Shown here: in pieces, positions 27,411-41,066 of the stretch
Layout: each line of letters begins with the position of its first letter
Numbering within the stretch: the first letter of the stretch is position 1
Translations under genes and position numbers: made by a program
The notes under the pieces: model-generated
The model's database searches: none
The model's input: the letters and a program-made list of their open reading frames with translations, nothing else
What the model was told of the DNA's origin: nothing
Assembly: GCF_006345805.1 (NCBI RefSeq)
Contig: NC_043008.1
Location: forward strand, 2,170,001-2,234,000
From: Octopus sinensis
Lineage: Eukaryota
DNA: 64,000 nt
Direction of reading: 5' to 3'

Positions 27411-28598
27411 AAATATTAATAAAATAATAAGTGTACACCTTTGTAAAATTTGAATTTAAGTTTGAAGTTTCATTGTGATTGATGTTTTCGCTGGTAATTA
27501 TTCTTCAAATTGATTTTAAAACTAAACCAATTTTCGCCTGCTTTCATTTCTTTCAAGTTGACTTTTCTCTTGCACAATGCAGAAATCACAGCTAAGACTT
27601 ATATCTTCCAATAGTTTTAAGTAATTTCCCACTTCATTAATTAAAGCTAATGGAAATTGTCTGTAATTATTGCATATCATTATGTTTTTAAGAAACAAAC
27701 TACGCAAATGAATCGATTCTGTAACTTAACACGTTTGACATATTTTTTAATTAATGAACAATTAGATATTCATCTCATGCAAAAGTTTTACATGTTTAAT
27801 AAAACTCCCAGTCACCACTCCAACGTAATACTTTTTTAACACGCTTCTCCTCAACGCCGTGTATTCAAATGTTTCACTGTTTTAATAATTTTATAATGTT
27901 TCATAAATTTGCATTTAGAAAAAAAATCTTTAAAATTTCTGATATTTTTACTTAGTGTAATTGTTTTTAATCTTCAACTTCACTTAAATGAGAACCTGTT
28001 CATTCGTGATGTATACATATTTGTTCATTGCTTCCATTAAATGGGGAATCAACTAAGCGTAGCATTGATAAAGGACCTTGCTGATACAATTTCTCTTCCA
28101 TCAGCTGCAGGATTGTTCAACACCCTATTAGTGTGTAATCATTTTAATGCACAATATACTTTTCATATGGATTTGTGCCTTTCATTTAATGGAGTAATAT
28201 ATTTATCTACATAAATTGATAACATACATTCTATGTATATATAAATATGCATGTAACTATCTATCTGTCTATACTTGTATACCTGCATACCGACACTCAC
28301 ACACAAGCACACACACACATATACATGAATATATATGTAGTGTGTGTGACTGTGTGAGAGTATTCTCTATGATTTTCTAATGAAATGGTATACGTTAGTG
28401 CTACAATCTAAATACTATACAGCTAGGTATACAGGGATGTTTCTATGTAATTATTTGTTGGGGTACGGGGGCATAATTATTGCATGACATGAAACACTTA
28501 GTAGCCATTTATATATGTAGTGCAAATGAAGACAATATATTCCACTGTCGAGTGTTCGATATGTGTTTTTCCTAAATATAGTATTATAGTATTCAGTA

Positions 28599-28659
<61 letters not shown>

Positions 28660-30545
28660 TGTGTGCGTGTGTATATATATGAGAGTGTAATATTTGTTTG
28701 AGATTGTACTTCACTGCTTCATATCATCTGTACAGGGACATGATATATATTCTACAATATGCATCTGAAAAAGTCAAGCTATAAATCGTTTCCCTCGTAA
28801 TTATTTATAACTGGCCTTCATTTGTCGAATCCATTCAATATTTCTAGTAACACTTATTCCCAAATAAGTAGTGTTGTTTTCATTTTCAAAAAGGAATGAA
28901 TTGCTATATAATGGACACATCATCAATTCAAAAATTAACCTTGCAAAAGCATAGACTAATGCCGGAAGTATATAGAAGGTTGAATATATTAAAGTGGTTT
29001 GATGGAAATGCATTCGATGTCTGTTAGTATTTGTTTTTCCCACTCGTCCCCTCTCTCTTTCTCCATGGTTGGAAAAGTCCGACATTTTGTGCCTTAGAAT
29101 TTAATCGCATACGGAAGTGAAAAAACCCGGAACCAACATGACTCTCCGTTATATTTTAGTCAATGATAAGATGCCCTTTATACAGACAATCGCTTGACAA
29201 CTTGGTACTTCTGTCGCTGCATCTGGGTTTAACGTCTATATAATCATAATCATTCAATTTTTTCGTCAATTCTGGCAATTGGAAGACTTTCGTAAAATCT
29301 TACCAGTTCAATTTTTTGAAATGTTAAAAATTATAGTAAATTTGGCTCTTTGATCTCTCAAGAAAAATTATAGCAACAATTTCCTGAATTCTTCTTTTGT
29401 TTATTTCTATTCAATATATCAGGATATCTGCTGCTTCATTGTGCTGATATTACGCTCACAACGATTGTTTGCAGAGATAAATTGCCCCTATTATGTGACC
29501 CCACGAATTAACTTTCGGTAATTTTCAGTAGATTCGAGTGCAGATAATACATTTATGTTTCCCAAGTTACGCTTTTTCCCCCATTTATTCGTTTTCATTA
29601 ACAGAAATCTCATACCAATGTCTGAATACGTCATAGCAATGTGTAAATAGCTGGTACCTAATTAGTTCTTATAACATTTATTGCTTTTACATATTTGCTG
29701 ATTTACTGCGTTCCATGAAGCAAATGCTATGAATCTAGAGTTAAGGATAGCTATAGAATAAATGGTTATTTCTTTAATTAAAAAGCATTCCTTTATTTCT
29801 TTTCCTAAATAGTTGCCATTTTTTCGTTGCAGTGTATATACTTGCCTATAGATATCAGCCATAGTACGAAAGATATGAAGTGATTAAAGTGTTGTTTATA
29901 CAATTTATTTAGAGGAATCGCCTTTTCCTACACAGAATTGTTCATATATTCATATTTGTCAAGTCATTGTGGCGTATTTGAACTGTCAAATCGAAGTGCC
30001 ATGAAGAAGTTCTTTACAAGGAATGAAGATATAATTGAAATTAAGAGCCAGAAGATGCGTAAAATAATAAGAGAGGTTAATTACGGAAATACGTTTTAAA
30101 TAACGTTAAAACCACAAATACAATTTAGATGACAAATAACAAACCGCTAAATCCCTTTATACGCAACAATATATATATATTTGCGTGCGTATTGTTATCA
30201 TTTGATTGTAAATATAACTATAAACAAAGAGAAGCTAATTAATCGGTATACAATTAATGATATTAATATCATTAATCAAAATCACTAATTGGTTACGTAT
30301 TACATCACAAAATAAGTCTCAACATCTCTTTGGATTATTCAACTTTCAACACGCACATGGACTCCTATATCTAAATATCTACTTAGCTATCTATCTACCA
30401 ATGTTTCTAAGACTCCAGATTAACCCACCAGGAGACGGTTACGCCTCTAGTTTATTACCATTCGTATATAAACATCACCCACACGCGAATATATATGTAT
30501 ATATATGTGTGTCCGTCTATGAGTGTGCGTGTGTCGGTGTGCATG

Positions 30546-30590
<45 letters not shown>

Positions 30591-30599
30591 ATATAAAAC

Positions 30600-30640
<41 letters not shown>

Positions 30641-30824
30641 CATAGATAAATGTGAGCGGATGCGCGAATATTTATACTGCGTAAATTTTCGAAACGGTGA
30701 CGAGCAAAAATTCTGTAAATAATAATTGTTAGCTTTAACCGTTCACTGTTTATTTTCTGGAGGACATACCCTGATATTGGGGTATCTAGAAAACGACTTG
30801 ATGAAAATGGATAATATTATAGAA

Positions 30825-30893
30825 ATCGTGAGATTCGAACCCGCAATACTCACTTTCGCAATAAGTGCTCTGACCCATTATACCTACATACCC
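30825..30893 (-). pseudogene. tRNA-like SINE head / tRNA pseudogene
   Basis: gtaggtataatgg (A-box-like), a 5-bp anticodon-like stem, GGTTCGAATCTC B box with T-arm. The D-stem and acceptor stem do not pair. Confidence 0.5.
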
Positions 30894-33800
30894 ACAGTTT
30901 ATATTTTCTGTTGAAATCTAGAACTATGTAAAGTAACAAGCACGTGTCTATTCTGCGCTAAATTGAGGAACGGTGACGAATGAAAATTCCGCAACTAATG
31001 ATCATATACTTTAAACTTTTAAGCGTTTAACGCCTATTGGCTCTAGAAAATAATGATTCCGTGGATGATTAATGAGCGCAGCTTTTGATAGACCTACACG
31101 CCTGCAGATAATGCAGACGAAACATTCGTCATTCACTAAACTGATGGAGTCCTTTCGAACATTACGTTGAAGTTCAGCATGCTAAATGCATGTTTCCCTC
31201 CAAAAATATCATATCCCTCCTTTACCTATTTCCTTCATTGCTGGTGAGGGTAAGCATTGCTTCTCAAATCCAGCTTCCATGACTCACTTGACTTCAAGCA
31301 GAGGTTTGAACAATTCTTAAGCCATAGTGTTCGTTTCTAGGGGGTTGGAGTGGGGGAATTTCCATAGAGAAATTCATCCTACAGTCAGTGTTTATGGATT
31401 TCCTGAATTGATCCTTGAGCACTATGGATTCAATGTTCTGGATTTCACCTCCCCTAAAAACCTCTGGAATCCGAGAGGATAAGCCAACATCCAATTTGTG
31501 TCTCGGACTTCTTTGACGGAAGACTTCAAGGGCCTCTGGGATGTCTGAAAAAGGTCGATGTGTCACATGAATAAAGGCGCGAGGTCAGCACACACTCCTT
31601 TCAATACACAGCAACTTTTGTTTTCTTTGTGAAGCCAAGTGGGAACTACGTATCATCAGATATGAGACAAAAGATCTGTGAGGTAATCATTTACCTTCTG
31701 AATCCTTAAAAATATTTATTCAGCCAAGAGGTAACAACTGCTGATTGTGCTGCCAAAATAGATAAACTCTTCTCCCATTTTCGTTTCTATCACTTGAACT
31801 GAGATTGATGGATTCCCACATAAGTCACCTGGCACAGACCTGCGTATTATAATAGTTCTCTCTAGACTAAGACTGAATCAAAAAGCTTTAGAAGATGCAG
31901 AAATACGACTCATGACATTTTGCATATTTTCATCTCTATGAATATTACGTTGCAATAATTCGCAGAAATGAGGTCACGAATGAGAGACATGAAAACTTTC
32001 GAATCGGTAAACATGTGCAAGTTGAAGAGACAACCAGAAGCTCGGCAGCTCACAATACAAAGCAAAGCTATAGGTGAGAGTAGCAGCAAAATAAAAAAAA
32101 AAAACAGACAGCTGGGGCAAGGATTTCATCTTCGTCATGGTGGTACAGGCCTTGGCCCATACACCCATCCCACCTTTAATAACTTAAAATATGGAAACTG
32201 ACGTTAGGATCTCTATGCGTATTCGTCATAGGGGATATATCCGGACATCAATTTATGTGATGTAACATAATATAATATAATATAATGTAATATAATGTAT
32301 TCCATTTGAAAACATTGACATATGTTTTTGGACGTATTGTAATTTCACTCGAAATATTTATGAATTTCCTGCAGGCGTCATTTTAAATAATCTGAAACAA
32401 ATTGAAAGAAACTAGGAAAATTGTAATTATGCATTAACGCATACTGAAAACTATTTCTGAAAATCAAAATAATGAGCTGCTGAAAGTTTCTGTTGTAAAG
32501 TAATGCTGTAAAATTCAAATATCTAAAACATATCGACAAATTAAGATTAATTTCGTTAATATAAGTGAAAAAAATGGTTACCATAGTGTTGAAATACATT
32601 AGCCCTGTGATTGTAAAAGAAAACGCTGAAGGAGAATGTTGGTATTCCATAAGAAAATATTTCCATGCTAATGACGTAAGAATTTCGAAAATTATATGCC
32701 ATTAACAAAATAACAAAAACGTTTATGTACAGATATTTATTAAATCTTACAAGAATGATATCAAGCTTTTCATCAGACTAAACTTTTAAATTCTTCGCAA
32801 TTGCATTAGATAAATTCTTATTGTATTTTTGGAGACAATTGATGACAAGTATGTCTCAGATTAAATTTTGAAGAAAGTAGGATAATTGGTAAGAAGCACC
32901 CTGTGATTAATTTCCTCTGCTACTCACAGACATTATTTCACAAATACGTATCTCACTGTATTACATTAAGAAACGTAACAGAAGATAAGACATCTTCGCT
33001 TGTCCTAGATATTGGCACTTCAGACATCAACCCAATTATGTTGATAGACAGTAGAATCTAAAATAGACATACTTCTTTGGAGATTTACTCTCATCAAGTG
33101 ACTTATTAACTTGAAGACGACTAATACATTTTATACATTCGTATTTGGTAAGTCTGAAGTAAATTAAATTAATCGAAATTAATACCATGACGTTACAATT
33201 GAAACTGCTTAACTGATATAAAATATAACATTACGCATTATAATTATCGCGGTATACACGAAACATAACACGAAGACATTTCATCAGATATTATTAATCT
33301 TTGGAGATGTGACTTTAATTATTAGATATTATGGTTTGCAATAACAAAATCCTCGTGTATATCGTCATCCATAAGCGAAGACAATGCTTGGGTGGAGAGA
33401 ATATTTGCAAGATACAGTCTCAAGCACAAAACCATGCAAAATAGAATTTCCTTAATAATTCTTGGGCCTATGGAATTCTCAGCCGTATATATTCTATTTC
33501 AATACACCTGCAATGCCTTTGAAAGTACAGTTCTACCCTCACCATTATAACCGATGGCTAGACATTTATATTTTTAATAAATATCGTTCAAAACAAGACC
33601 GTAGGTTTCTTATATTTGTTTCTTTATGATTGTTTGTATATCAGCGAAAATACATTACACAATGACTGATCGTTTTAAACATTCCAAAAGAAACAAATAT
33701 TTATATAGGGATGCACTTAGTGTTTGCCCGGTCCATCTAATTTGACCTCATACTTGAATACTCCTAATTTGACCTCATACTTGAATACTCCTAATTTCCT

Positions 33801-34149
33801 TGAAACAACGACTGTGTATGTAGCATCAACCAAATCTATAAAAGCTTAATGAGGTATTTTAACTGATTTGGTTAATTCACAACAACCTGATAATTAACAA
33901 CAAATTTTGGAACAAATTCTCTACTCTTTTTGGAAATATGCAATGAGTATTAAATACACGCATGAAAACATTAATAAAAAATCATTGGAGGGACAATGCA
34001 CGTGATGCGCGCATACAAGGATAGTATGAAATTAATTTTAATAAATATTTTCTCAGATGAATTCATGTTTTAATGAAATGCTTATCTTTTATGCATATGT
34101 AACAAAGAAAAGAATAATAATTTGGTTCCCCAATCTACCAAAATTTAAT

Positions 34150-34290
34150 GATTTTGAGCCTTTCGAACTCATTACGTTTCTGCCAATTTTGGTGAAAATC
34201 CGTTCAGCCATTTTCCAGTGTTTTTGCTAACACACAGACAGACAAAGACGAGCGACTAATATTCTCTGTTTTCGCTTAAGCGCGCAGGGT
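34150..34290 (+). mobile_element. Probable non-autonomous Helentron/DINE-1-like relic
   Basis: aattttggtgaaaatccgttcagccattt followed by a (GACA)-like run and the palindrome cgcttaagcg, resembling the DINE-1/HINE core as I recall it. Confidence 0.35.
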
Positions 34291-34645
34291 TTGGAATATA
34301 ATTGCGAGAGGAGCCTACAGAGTATACTGTTAAATGTGAAACAAATACTATATTTCAAATGCAGCTTTAATGAACTACATAATTTAGTAACTTGCAACTG
34401 CATTTTAACGTCCAGTACTCAAAGATTCTATGACAGTGTTCAAAATAGATGGAAATAACACCGCTGGAAATACTTTTCAAGCTAAGTCGAATGCCATAAT
34501 TTCCTCTAAAACAATAGTAAAATCTACGAAAATCATTCCCTGTCAATTTTCTTAATATCAAAGTCATTGTGTGACATGAGTTGTATTTCAAAATTTGACA
34601 TATACTAAAAGAATATCCGTTCCGTTCGGCAAAACTAAAATGTGT

Positions 34646-35090
34646 TACTCTTTACTCTGCTTTACTCTTTTACTTGTTTCAGTCATTTGACTGCGGCCAT
34701 GCTGGAGTACCGCCTTTAGTCGAGCAACTCGACCCCGGGTCTTATTCATTTGTAAGCCTAGTATTTATTCTATCGGTCTCTTTTGCCGAACCACTAGGTA
34801 ACGGGGACATAAATACACCAGCATCGGTTGTCAAGCAATGCTAGGGGGACAAACACAGACACACAAAAACACACACGCATATATACATATATATATACAT
34901 ATATATATACACATATATATATACATATATACGACAGGCTTCTTTCAGTTTCCGTCTACCAAATCCACTCACAAGGCATTGGTCGGCCCGTGGCTATAGC
35001 AGAAGACACTTGTGCAAGATGCCACGCAGTGGGACGGAACCCGGAACCATGTGGTTGGTAGGCAAGCTACTTACCACACAACCACTCCTG
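34646..35090 (-). mobile_element. tRNA-derived SINE, family C, well preserved
   Basis: Minus-strand head gtggttgtgtggtaag...GGTTCCGTCCC (B box), internal (TA/CA)n, 3' tail seen on + as tactctttactctgctttactc. Confidence 0.9.
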
Positions 35091-35417
35091 TTGTCTGCAA
35101 TAGTTTAGATTGTTCTAATAAATTTATACTGCATTTAGCATGGATTTGTATTTTTCTAGCGCATTACAGCTTGCAATAGCATCATAAGATATTGACTCCG
35201 AACGCTGTGTTATAATAGCATAATGCAGACTAAATCCAAAAGGATATTTTTACCTGATATATCAGGCAGTTAGCATCCTCGTTCATAAACATGGTCTTAG
35301 ACAGATACATACAGCAAAATGAAAACACGTTCCCACATGCGCTCGCCTAGGCACACAAACACACACGGAAGCGCAGGCATTAACATTACATATATATATA
35401 TATATATATATTAATCA

Positions 35418-35484
35418 ATTAATCAATTTAGGGTAGCAAAATATTCAATAGAAATTTATCGCTACCAGCGGTCTAGTGGGAAAG
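35418..35484 (+). repeat. Dispersed repeat end abutting (TA)n; inverted copy at 42110-42176
   Basis: 60/67 identity to the reverse complement of 42110-42176; both copies touch a (TA)n array at the same end. Confidence 0.85.
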
Positions 35485-35513
35485 AGAGAATAGTCAAAGA
35501 CTATATATATAAA

Positions 35514-35849
35514 TTCAACAACAATTAAGGAATGACCTTAATAGGCCATTCGGCCCACTAGAAGAAGCAGCCAGGACTCAAACCGCTAAGTAGTAGTAAT
35601 TCAGAAATCAAATGTCTCTCCTGGTTTCTTTACCGATGAGGTGTAACCTTTGGTAGATTGACTTGATTTAATTTAATTAAGCTGGTTTGCCATTAAAAAC
35701 ACCGAAACGATGCATCGTCTAAAGATGAATTAGGGTAAATGTTTTTAAATTTTCATTTGATTTCTGAATTACTACTACTTTGCGGTTTGAGTCCTGGCTG
35801 CTTCTTCTAGTGGACCGAATGGCCTATTAAGGCCATTCCTTAATTGTTG

Positions 35850-35854
<5 letters not shown>
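35514..35854. mobile_element. 341-bp foldback element with 101-bp inverted arms, flanked by TA repeats
   Basis: 35514-35614 is the reverse complement of 35754-35854 with 3 mismatches; 139-bp spacer; TA-repeat runs on both sides. Confidence 0.92.
35627..35725 (+). ncRNA. Type I hammerhead ribozyme (U4C core variant), predicted cleavage after C35719
   Basis: Stem I TCTTTA(35627-32)/TAAAGA(35720-25); core CCGATGA(35633-39; consensus CUGANGA); stem II GGTGT(35640-44)/ACACC(35699-703) with G10.1-C11.1; GAAA(35704-07); stem III ACGAT/ATCGT; GUC triplet at 35717-19. Confidence 0.8.
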
Positions 35855-35932
<78 letters not shown>

Positions 35933-36983
35933 CATGTATGTATCCATGTATATATATGTATATGTGTATATACGTATATGTATATATATGTATATATATA
36001 TATATATATATTTATATACATACATCTATATATATACATGTATTTTTATATGTGTCCTCCGTGAGTGTGTATGTATGTCTATACATATACACACAAGTTT
36101 GTGCGAGCGTCTGTATATGTGTGTGTGTGTGTGTGCCTGTGTGGATATATATTTATTTATATGATTGATTTTTGTAATGAAATTAATATACTCGATAAAT
36201 GCGGTGAGCAAACGTTTTGGCATATCTCATTCCTGTTATTCTCTGTTATTCAGTATGTAGTAACTGAGAGATACGGCCAGAAATTATGATAGAAACAGAT
36301 TATAGCTGAGTATGATATCTCGTTAAGTAAAATTTGAATGGGTGTGTTGTAATCGTAAAATCTCCTTTTTGCCTCCAGCCATGATCGCAAAATTAATGCA
36401 GAAGATTGAATCGTTGGTGTATGAGAATTACAACGGATAATACATTTATATAAATACAAAACCTGAAATCTAGTAATCTTGTAATTAAGATGATACCACG
36501 TATCATGGTCTATTATGTACGAGATAAACCCGCAGTTATTTATCCATTGCAGCAAACTACAAGGCAGAGATCAGCATTTCCTTGAAAGCCCTTCTGCTAG
36601 CATATTGTACCAATTATTGCTCTTCAAACTGGAGCTTATGTAGGCACAAGGCCAGTAACTTTGAGGTTATTCGCAAACGAAAGTTGAACCTGACGTAATT
36701 TGGATGCAGATAGTACGGAAAAAGGGAAAATATATGGGAGCATTTTCCCCGTACTTTAATTATAGTGGAGATTATGATGATGATGAGAGATTATCAGGAC
36801 GATCTGTGGCACTGAACGACAGGAATGCGGTGCATAATTTTATGATGACGAGTTTCATGATTAAAAAGATTTTGATAATGTTGTTGAGTCGAAAGCGAAC
36901 CATGGTACAAAATGTGAGCACTGGCAAGATCACGATAATTATTAACATGACGATGAGGTTAATACTAACCGTGCCGATGAGAA

Positions 36984-37016
<33 letters not shown>

Positions 37017-39048
37017 GACACACACTGAGAAATATTAGACTGAAGCAATGCCAAATACGAACGCTTTTATGATGAATGCCGTAAAATAAACATTATTGAG
37101 TTTGTTATTGTTGAGGGACACAGCATTTATTGACTTAACAGGATTCACTCCTACATCTTTCGGAAAATGTGACAGATTTCTCTGAGACAACATACATACA
37201 TGATTGTTTTAAATGCTGAGTGTGTTTACACAAGAGTTAATTTACTTTTAGTATATGGTTATATGTGTTTAATTCGCTTTCACGTGCGTGTTTGCGTGCC
37301 TGATTATGTGTTTATATGTGATATTTTATGCGTTGTTAGGCAAATCTGTGTTCGGAAGATATGTTTATAAATTTCAAAATAAATATGTTAGGAATATCAA
37401 ATGAGACTAAATCAATACAGCTTCTAACGATGTCCGGAATAGTTTACAAGATCTATGAAATTAACAAATTTACACAGACGAATAACTGTCAACATAGGGA
37501 GACTTCAACAGAAGGAAACGATTGTGGGAATAATGAGAAATATTTACATATTTTCAAAGCATATGATTAAAAAAATAATAACCTTCTTTGTACAGTCAAA
37601 TGACGACAACAGCCAAATAAAAGGTGTGCTCCGAAGCTGTTTCCAAACTTGATATAAAGATACGTTGGTCATTACTTATGCATATCGTCTCTACATTGAA
37701 ATAATGTACGTATTTGAAGGTTATTTTTTCCACTTGACGTGTTTTACTCATGTTTTAATTAAGTGATTTTTACTTTTCTACACGAAATATTCAGTCACCT
37801 CCTTGAAAGTAGTCTTTAGGTTTCACAATATCAAATGCAATCTAATTTTAAATTGTTTTCTGTATTACATGTTAATGAGTTTCAAAATATTTGCGAAAGT
37901 GAATAGACCCTTACTGGATTAGATCGCTGATAGTTAATCTTCGGTTCATTATTACTTGAACACTAAGCACAATTCATAACAATCATTAGCATTTGAATAA
38001 TGATTGTTTTTGCCTTCTTAATTACAATTGTGTACGTATGAGTGCGTGTGTGTGCGTGTGTGATATGCCTATTAAGAGTGAATTGTAGTCAGTGCATTGC
38101 TGCTATCATTTTTACATCCCCTGGAGGGATGTAAACCTATACAAAATCGATAGAAGTGGGATTTGAACTCGAGAGAGAGAAAGAGAGACAGAGAGAGAAG
38201 GAGGGAAGGAAAGAGAGAGAGAGAGAAGGAGAGAGAGAGAGAGAGAATTAAAATCAGATATTCCATTGGAGTTAGTCTGATGCTTTCTATTGCAAACATT
38301 ATTTAACAGTAAACAAGTCAGTTAAAGAAGATATGTCTTGCAGCTATAGTTTTACAATTCCTAGCTGGCAAAGTGCAGATTTCTTGACAGGATTCAAATT
38401 GATCCCCCTAAGCTTCTAACTTGAACATGTCATGTAGCAGATGTATTAACAGAATATACTACAGCAGAGATAATCACATAAGCAATGGCGATATCAACAA
38501 AACCAGCAAGAAGTGACGTCAGTAAATATTGGCATATGCAAAGAATATTGGGTCTAGGTAAGATTATATGGATATGGAAAAGAAATGTAATTCCCACAGA
38601 CAAAAACTGCATTTATCTGCATTTTTACGAAATATTACAAAATCGTAATTCTGTCATAACTTGCAACTTACTTCCCGTTACTATTTGCCTTAACAATAAG
38701 CATGTTATGCAGTCGTTCTTCAAAAGCTACAGCACTTTACAACCTCATATATACTCGAGTGGAATACAATGCTTACAGGGAAATATTGTCAAGACATAAT
38801 TGAGAATGTTTAACACTATTAACGTATTAAATAGCTTCAAACAATGAGATATTTATAATTCTTAGCTCTAGATACTATTAAAACGTTTAGCGCATTCCCT
38901 GAGCACATATTCTACCAGATTATTACAAATTATAAGGGAAATATATGTCAACAAACCGCCGACAATATATAAATTATATACATATGGCACCATGAAACAG
39001 TTTTTAAAAAACACGTGTGAGTGTGTGCGTGTGTGTGTGTTCTAGCTA

Positions 39049-39164
<116 letters not shown>

Positions 39165-39374
39165 TCTTCCTCTGTGTGCACATGCATGTGTGTGCTTGTG
39201 TGCTTGTGTGTATTTTTGTGTGTGAGATTATGTATGTGTGACTTTTGCGTGTGTGAGCGTGTGTAAATTATGAAAGTATGAAAAATACGAATAAATTGCA
39301 GTATTTCTACAATTATCCTTTAGAATTTCACGACCATCTTATTTTTTTAAAGCAATTTCAAGTCGTTCATAGAG

Positions 39375-39535
39375 AGTCTACGATAACACCGGTAGTAATT
39401 GGTGCATTGGGAATAATAAAGAAAAAAACGGATAAAAATATTAAGCAGATCCCTGGAAGCTCCAATCTCCGAGAACTACAAAAGATAATCTTGATGTGTA
39501 CAGTCTAAATACTACGGAACGTACTCTTCATCTAA
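39375..39535 (+). mobile_element. 3' end of an RLE-type (R4/Dong-like) LINE
   Basis: ITPVVIGALGIIKKKTDKNIKQIPGSSNLRELQKIILMCTV*ILRNVLFI*, the same C-terminal motif class as at 19330-19420. Confidence 0.75.
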
Positions 39536-39862
39536 AATGCAATAAATGTGGTGATAATTTTAGCATGCATAGCAAAACAAAAAGTGCCCTTGCTACTCTT
39601 GGCCTCCAAAGGATGTCCGAGTACTAAGGCAGCTGAAATAAAGTTATAACGTACCTAATTTTTTTATGTATTTGTGTGTGCGCGTGTGTTGTGTGTGTGA
39701 GTTTGTGCCTGTGCGTGCTCGGGCGAGTTTGAATATGTTTATATGAGAGAGAGATTTTGATGATCGTGATAAATCTATCGTCCCCTGTCTATGTTTCAAC
39801 TCTATGACTAATTGCAACTCCTATAAATTGATATTCTAAGTGCAAGACATACAGTCATATAG

Positions 39863-39864
39863 AC

Positions 39865-39942
<78 letters not shown>

Positions 39943-40025
39943 GTATGTAGGCAGATAGATAGATAGTCAGGCAGGCAGACAGATAGACTGAAGAAAGTTA
40001 GATAGATAGATAGATAGATGGATGG
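39863..40025. repeat. (GATA)n microsatellite; further arrays at 45786-45900 and 61447-61525
   Basis: Directly visible; source of the YLSI-repeat ORFs. Confidence 0.97.
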
Positions 40026-40234
40026 ATGGAAAACAGAGAGAAAAATTCACTTTATAAACATACGTATATAAAGCACATGTGTCTAAATTTTAAAGGTATT
40101 TGTGTGTGTCTGTGTGGGGGGGTCATGAGTGTGTTTGTATTTGTGTTTGTGTGTGTGTGAGTGAATGTGCGTGTGTGTGTGTGTGTGAGTGAATGTGCGT
40201 GTGTGTGTGGGCGGAAGCCTGCCTTTATAAATAT

Positions 40235-40488
40235 TCACTTGCTATCTTCTCGAATCATACCAACTCACAAGGGACGGTTTCCCGGTCTCGTGGCGTGTAT
40301 ATTCCTCATGTGGACGGGACGACGGCCCTTCGCAGTACAACTCATTTTTGCCAGCTCTGTGGACTGGAGCAATGAGAAATGAAGTGTTTTTTTCTCAAGA
40401 ACATAATGTGTCACCCTGCCCAGGAATCGAAACAATCACATTCTTACGATCATGAGTCAAGGGCCTTAACCACTAAACCACGCGCCTC
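40235..40488 (-). mobile_element. tRNA-derived SINE (same family as 3885-4135)
   Basis: Minus-strand head gaggcgcgTGGTTTAGTGGttaagg...GTTTCGATTCCtggg, with clear A and B boxes. Confidence 0.85.
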
Positions 40489-40621
40489 TACTCCTAAAGA
40501 AGTATATTCAAGCGTGTTCTCTTTCACAAAGGTCGGTTTTTAATAGTAAATTTTGTGTTGGAATCACACACAGATGCTTCAGCAAAAAACGAAAAAAGAA
40601 TATCTCTTTTTTCATGACATA

Positions 40622-40838
40622 AATATTCTTTTCTACTCTAGGCACAAAGCCCGAAATTTTGGGTGAGGAGCCCAGTCGATTAGATCGACGTCAGTGCGCA
40701 ACTTATACTTAATTTATCGACAACCAAATTATGAAAGCAAAGTCGACCGCGGTGGAATGTGAACTCAGCACTTCAAGACAGACGAAAACCGCTAAGCATT
40801 TCACCCAGCGTGCTCAAGTTTCTGCCAGCTCGCTGCCT
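40622..40838 (-). mobile_element. tRNA-derived SINE, family D (copy 1 of a tandem pair)
   Basis: Minus-strand head ggcagcgagctggcagaaac...GAGTTCACATTCC, core gtcgactttgctttcat...gtcgataaattaagta; colinear with 40851-41066 and 44971-45197. Confidence 0.88.
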
Positions 40839-40850
40839 CTTTATGTATCA

Positions 40851-41066
40851 TATTCTTTTCTTCTCTGGGCACAAGGCCCAACATTTTGTGTGAAAGGGCC
40901 AGTCGATTAGATCGACCCAAGTTCGCAAATGATACTTCATTTAACGACCCCGAAAATATGAAAGCAAAGTCAACCTCGGCAGAATTTGAACTCAGAATGT
41001 AAAGACAGACGAATTACCGCTAAGCATTTCGCCCAGCCTGCTAGTATTTCTGCCAACTCACCGCCT
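40851..41066 (-). mobile_element. tRNA-derived SINE, family D (copy 2 of a tandem pair)
   Basis: Diverged head-to-tail neighbour of 40622-40838, about 12 bp away. Confidence 0.88.

Noticed and set aside
28801-29085. ORF containing TTYLGISVTRNIEW
   Set aside because: At most a tiny LINE RT remnant (YLG motif); too short to classify and not a gene.
30825-30893. Functional tRNA gene
   Set aside because: The acceptor and D stems do not pair and the anticodon register is ambiguous; kept only as a SINE head or pseudogene.
31294-31566. 90-aa ORF in a GC-richer island
   Set aside because: No recognisable motif or splice support; probably a transposon relic I cannot assign.
33737-33797. Exact 27-bp tandem duplication (also 17-bp ones near 615-662 and 14022-14050)
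   Set aside because: Ordinary slippage products with no functional indication.
38485-38799. 104-aa ORF in unique sequence
   Set aside because: No domain or compositional support, and no compatible splice partners found.
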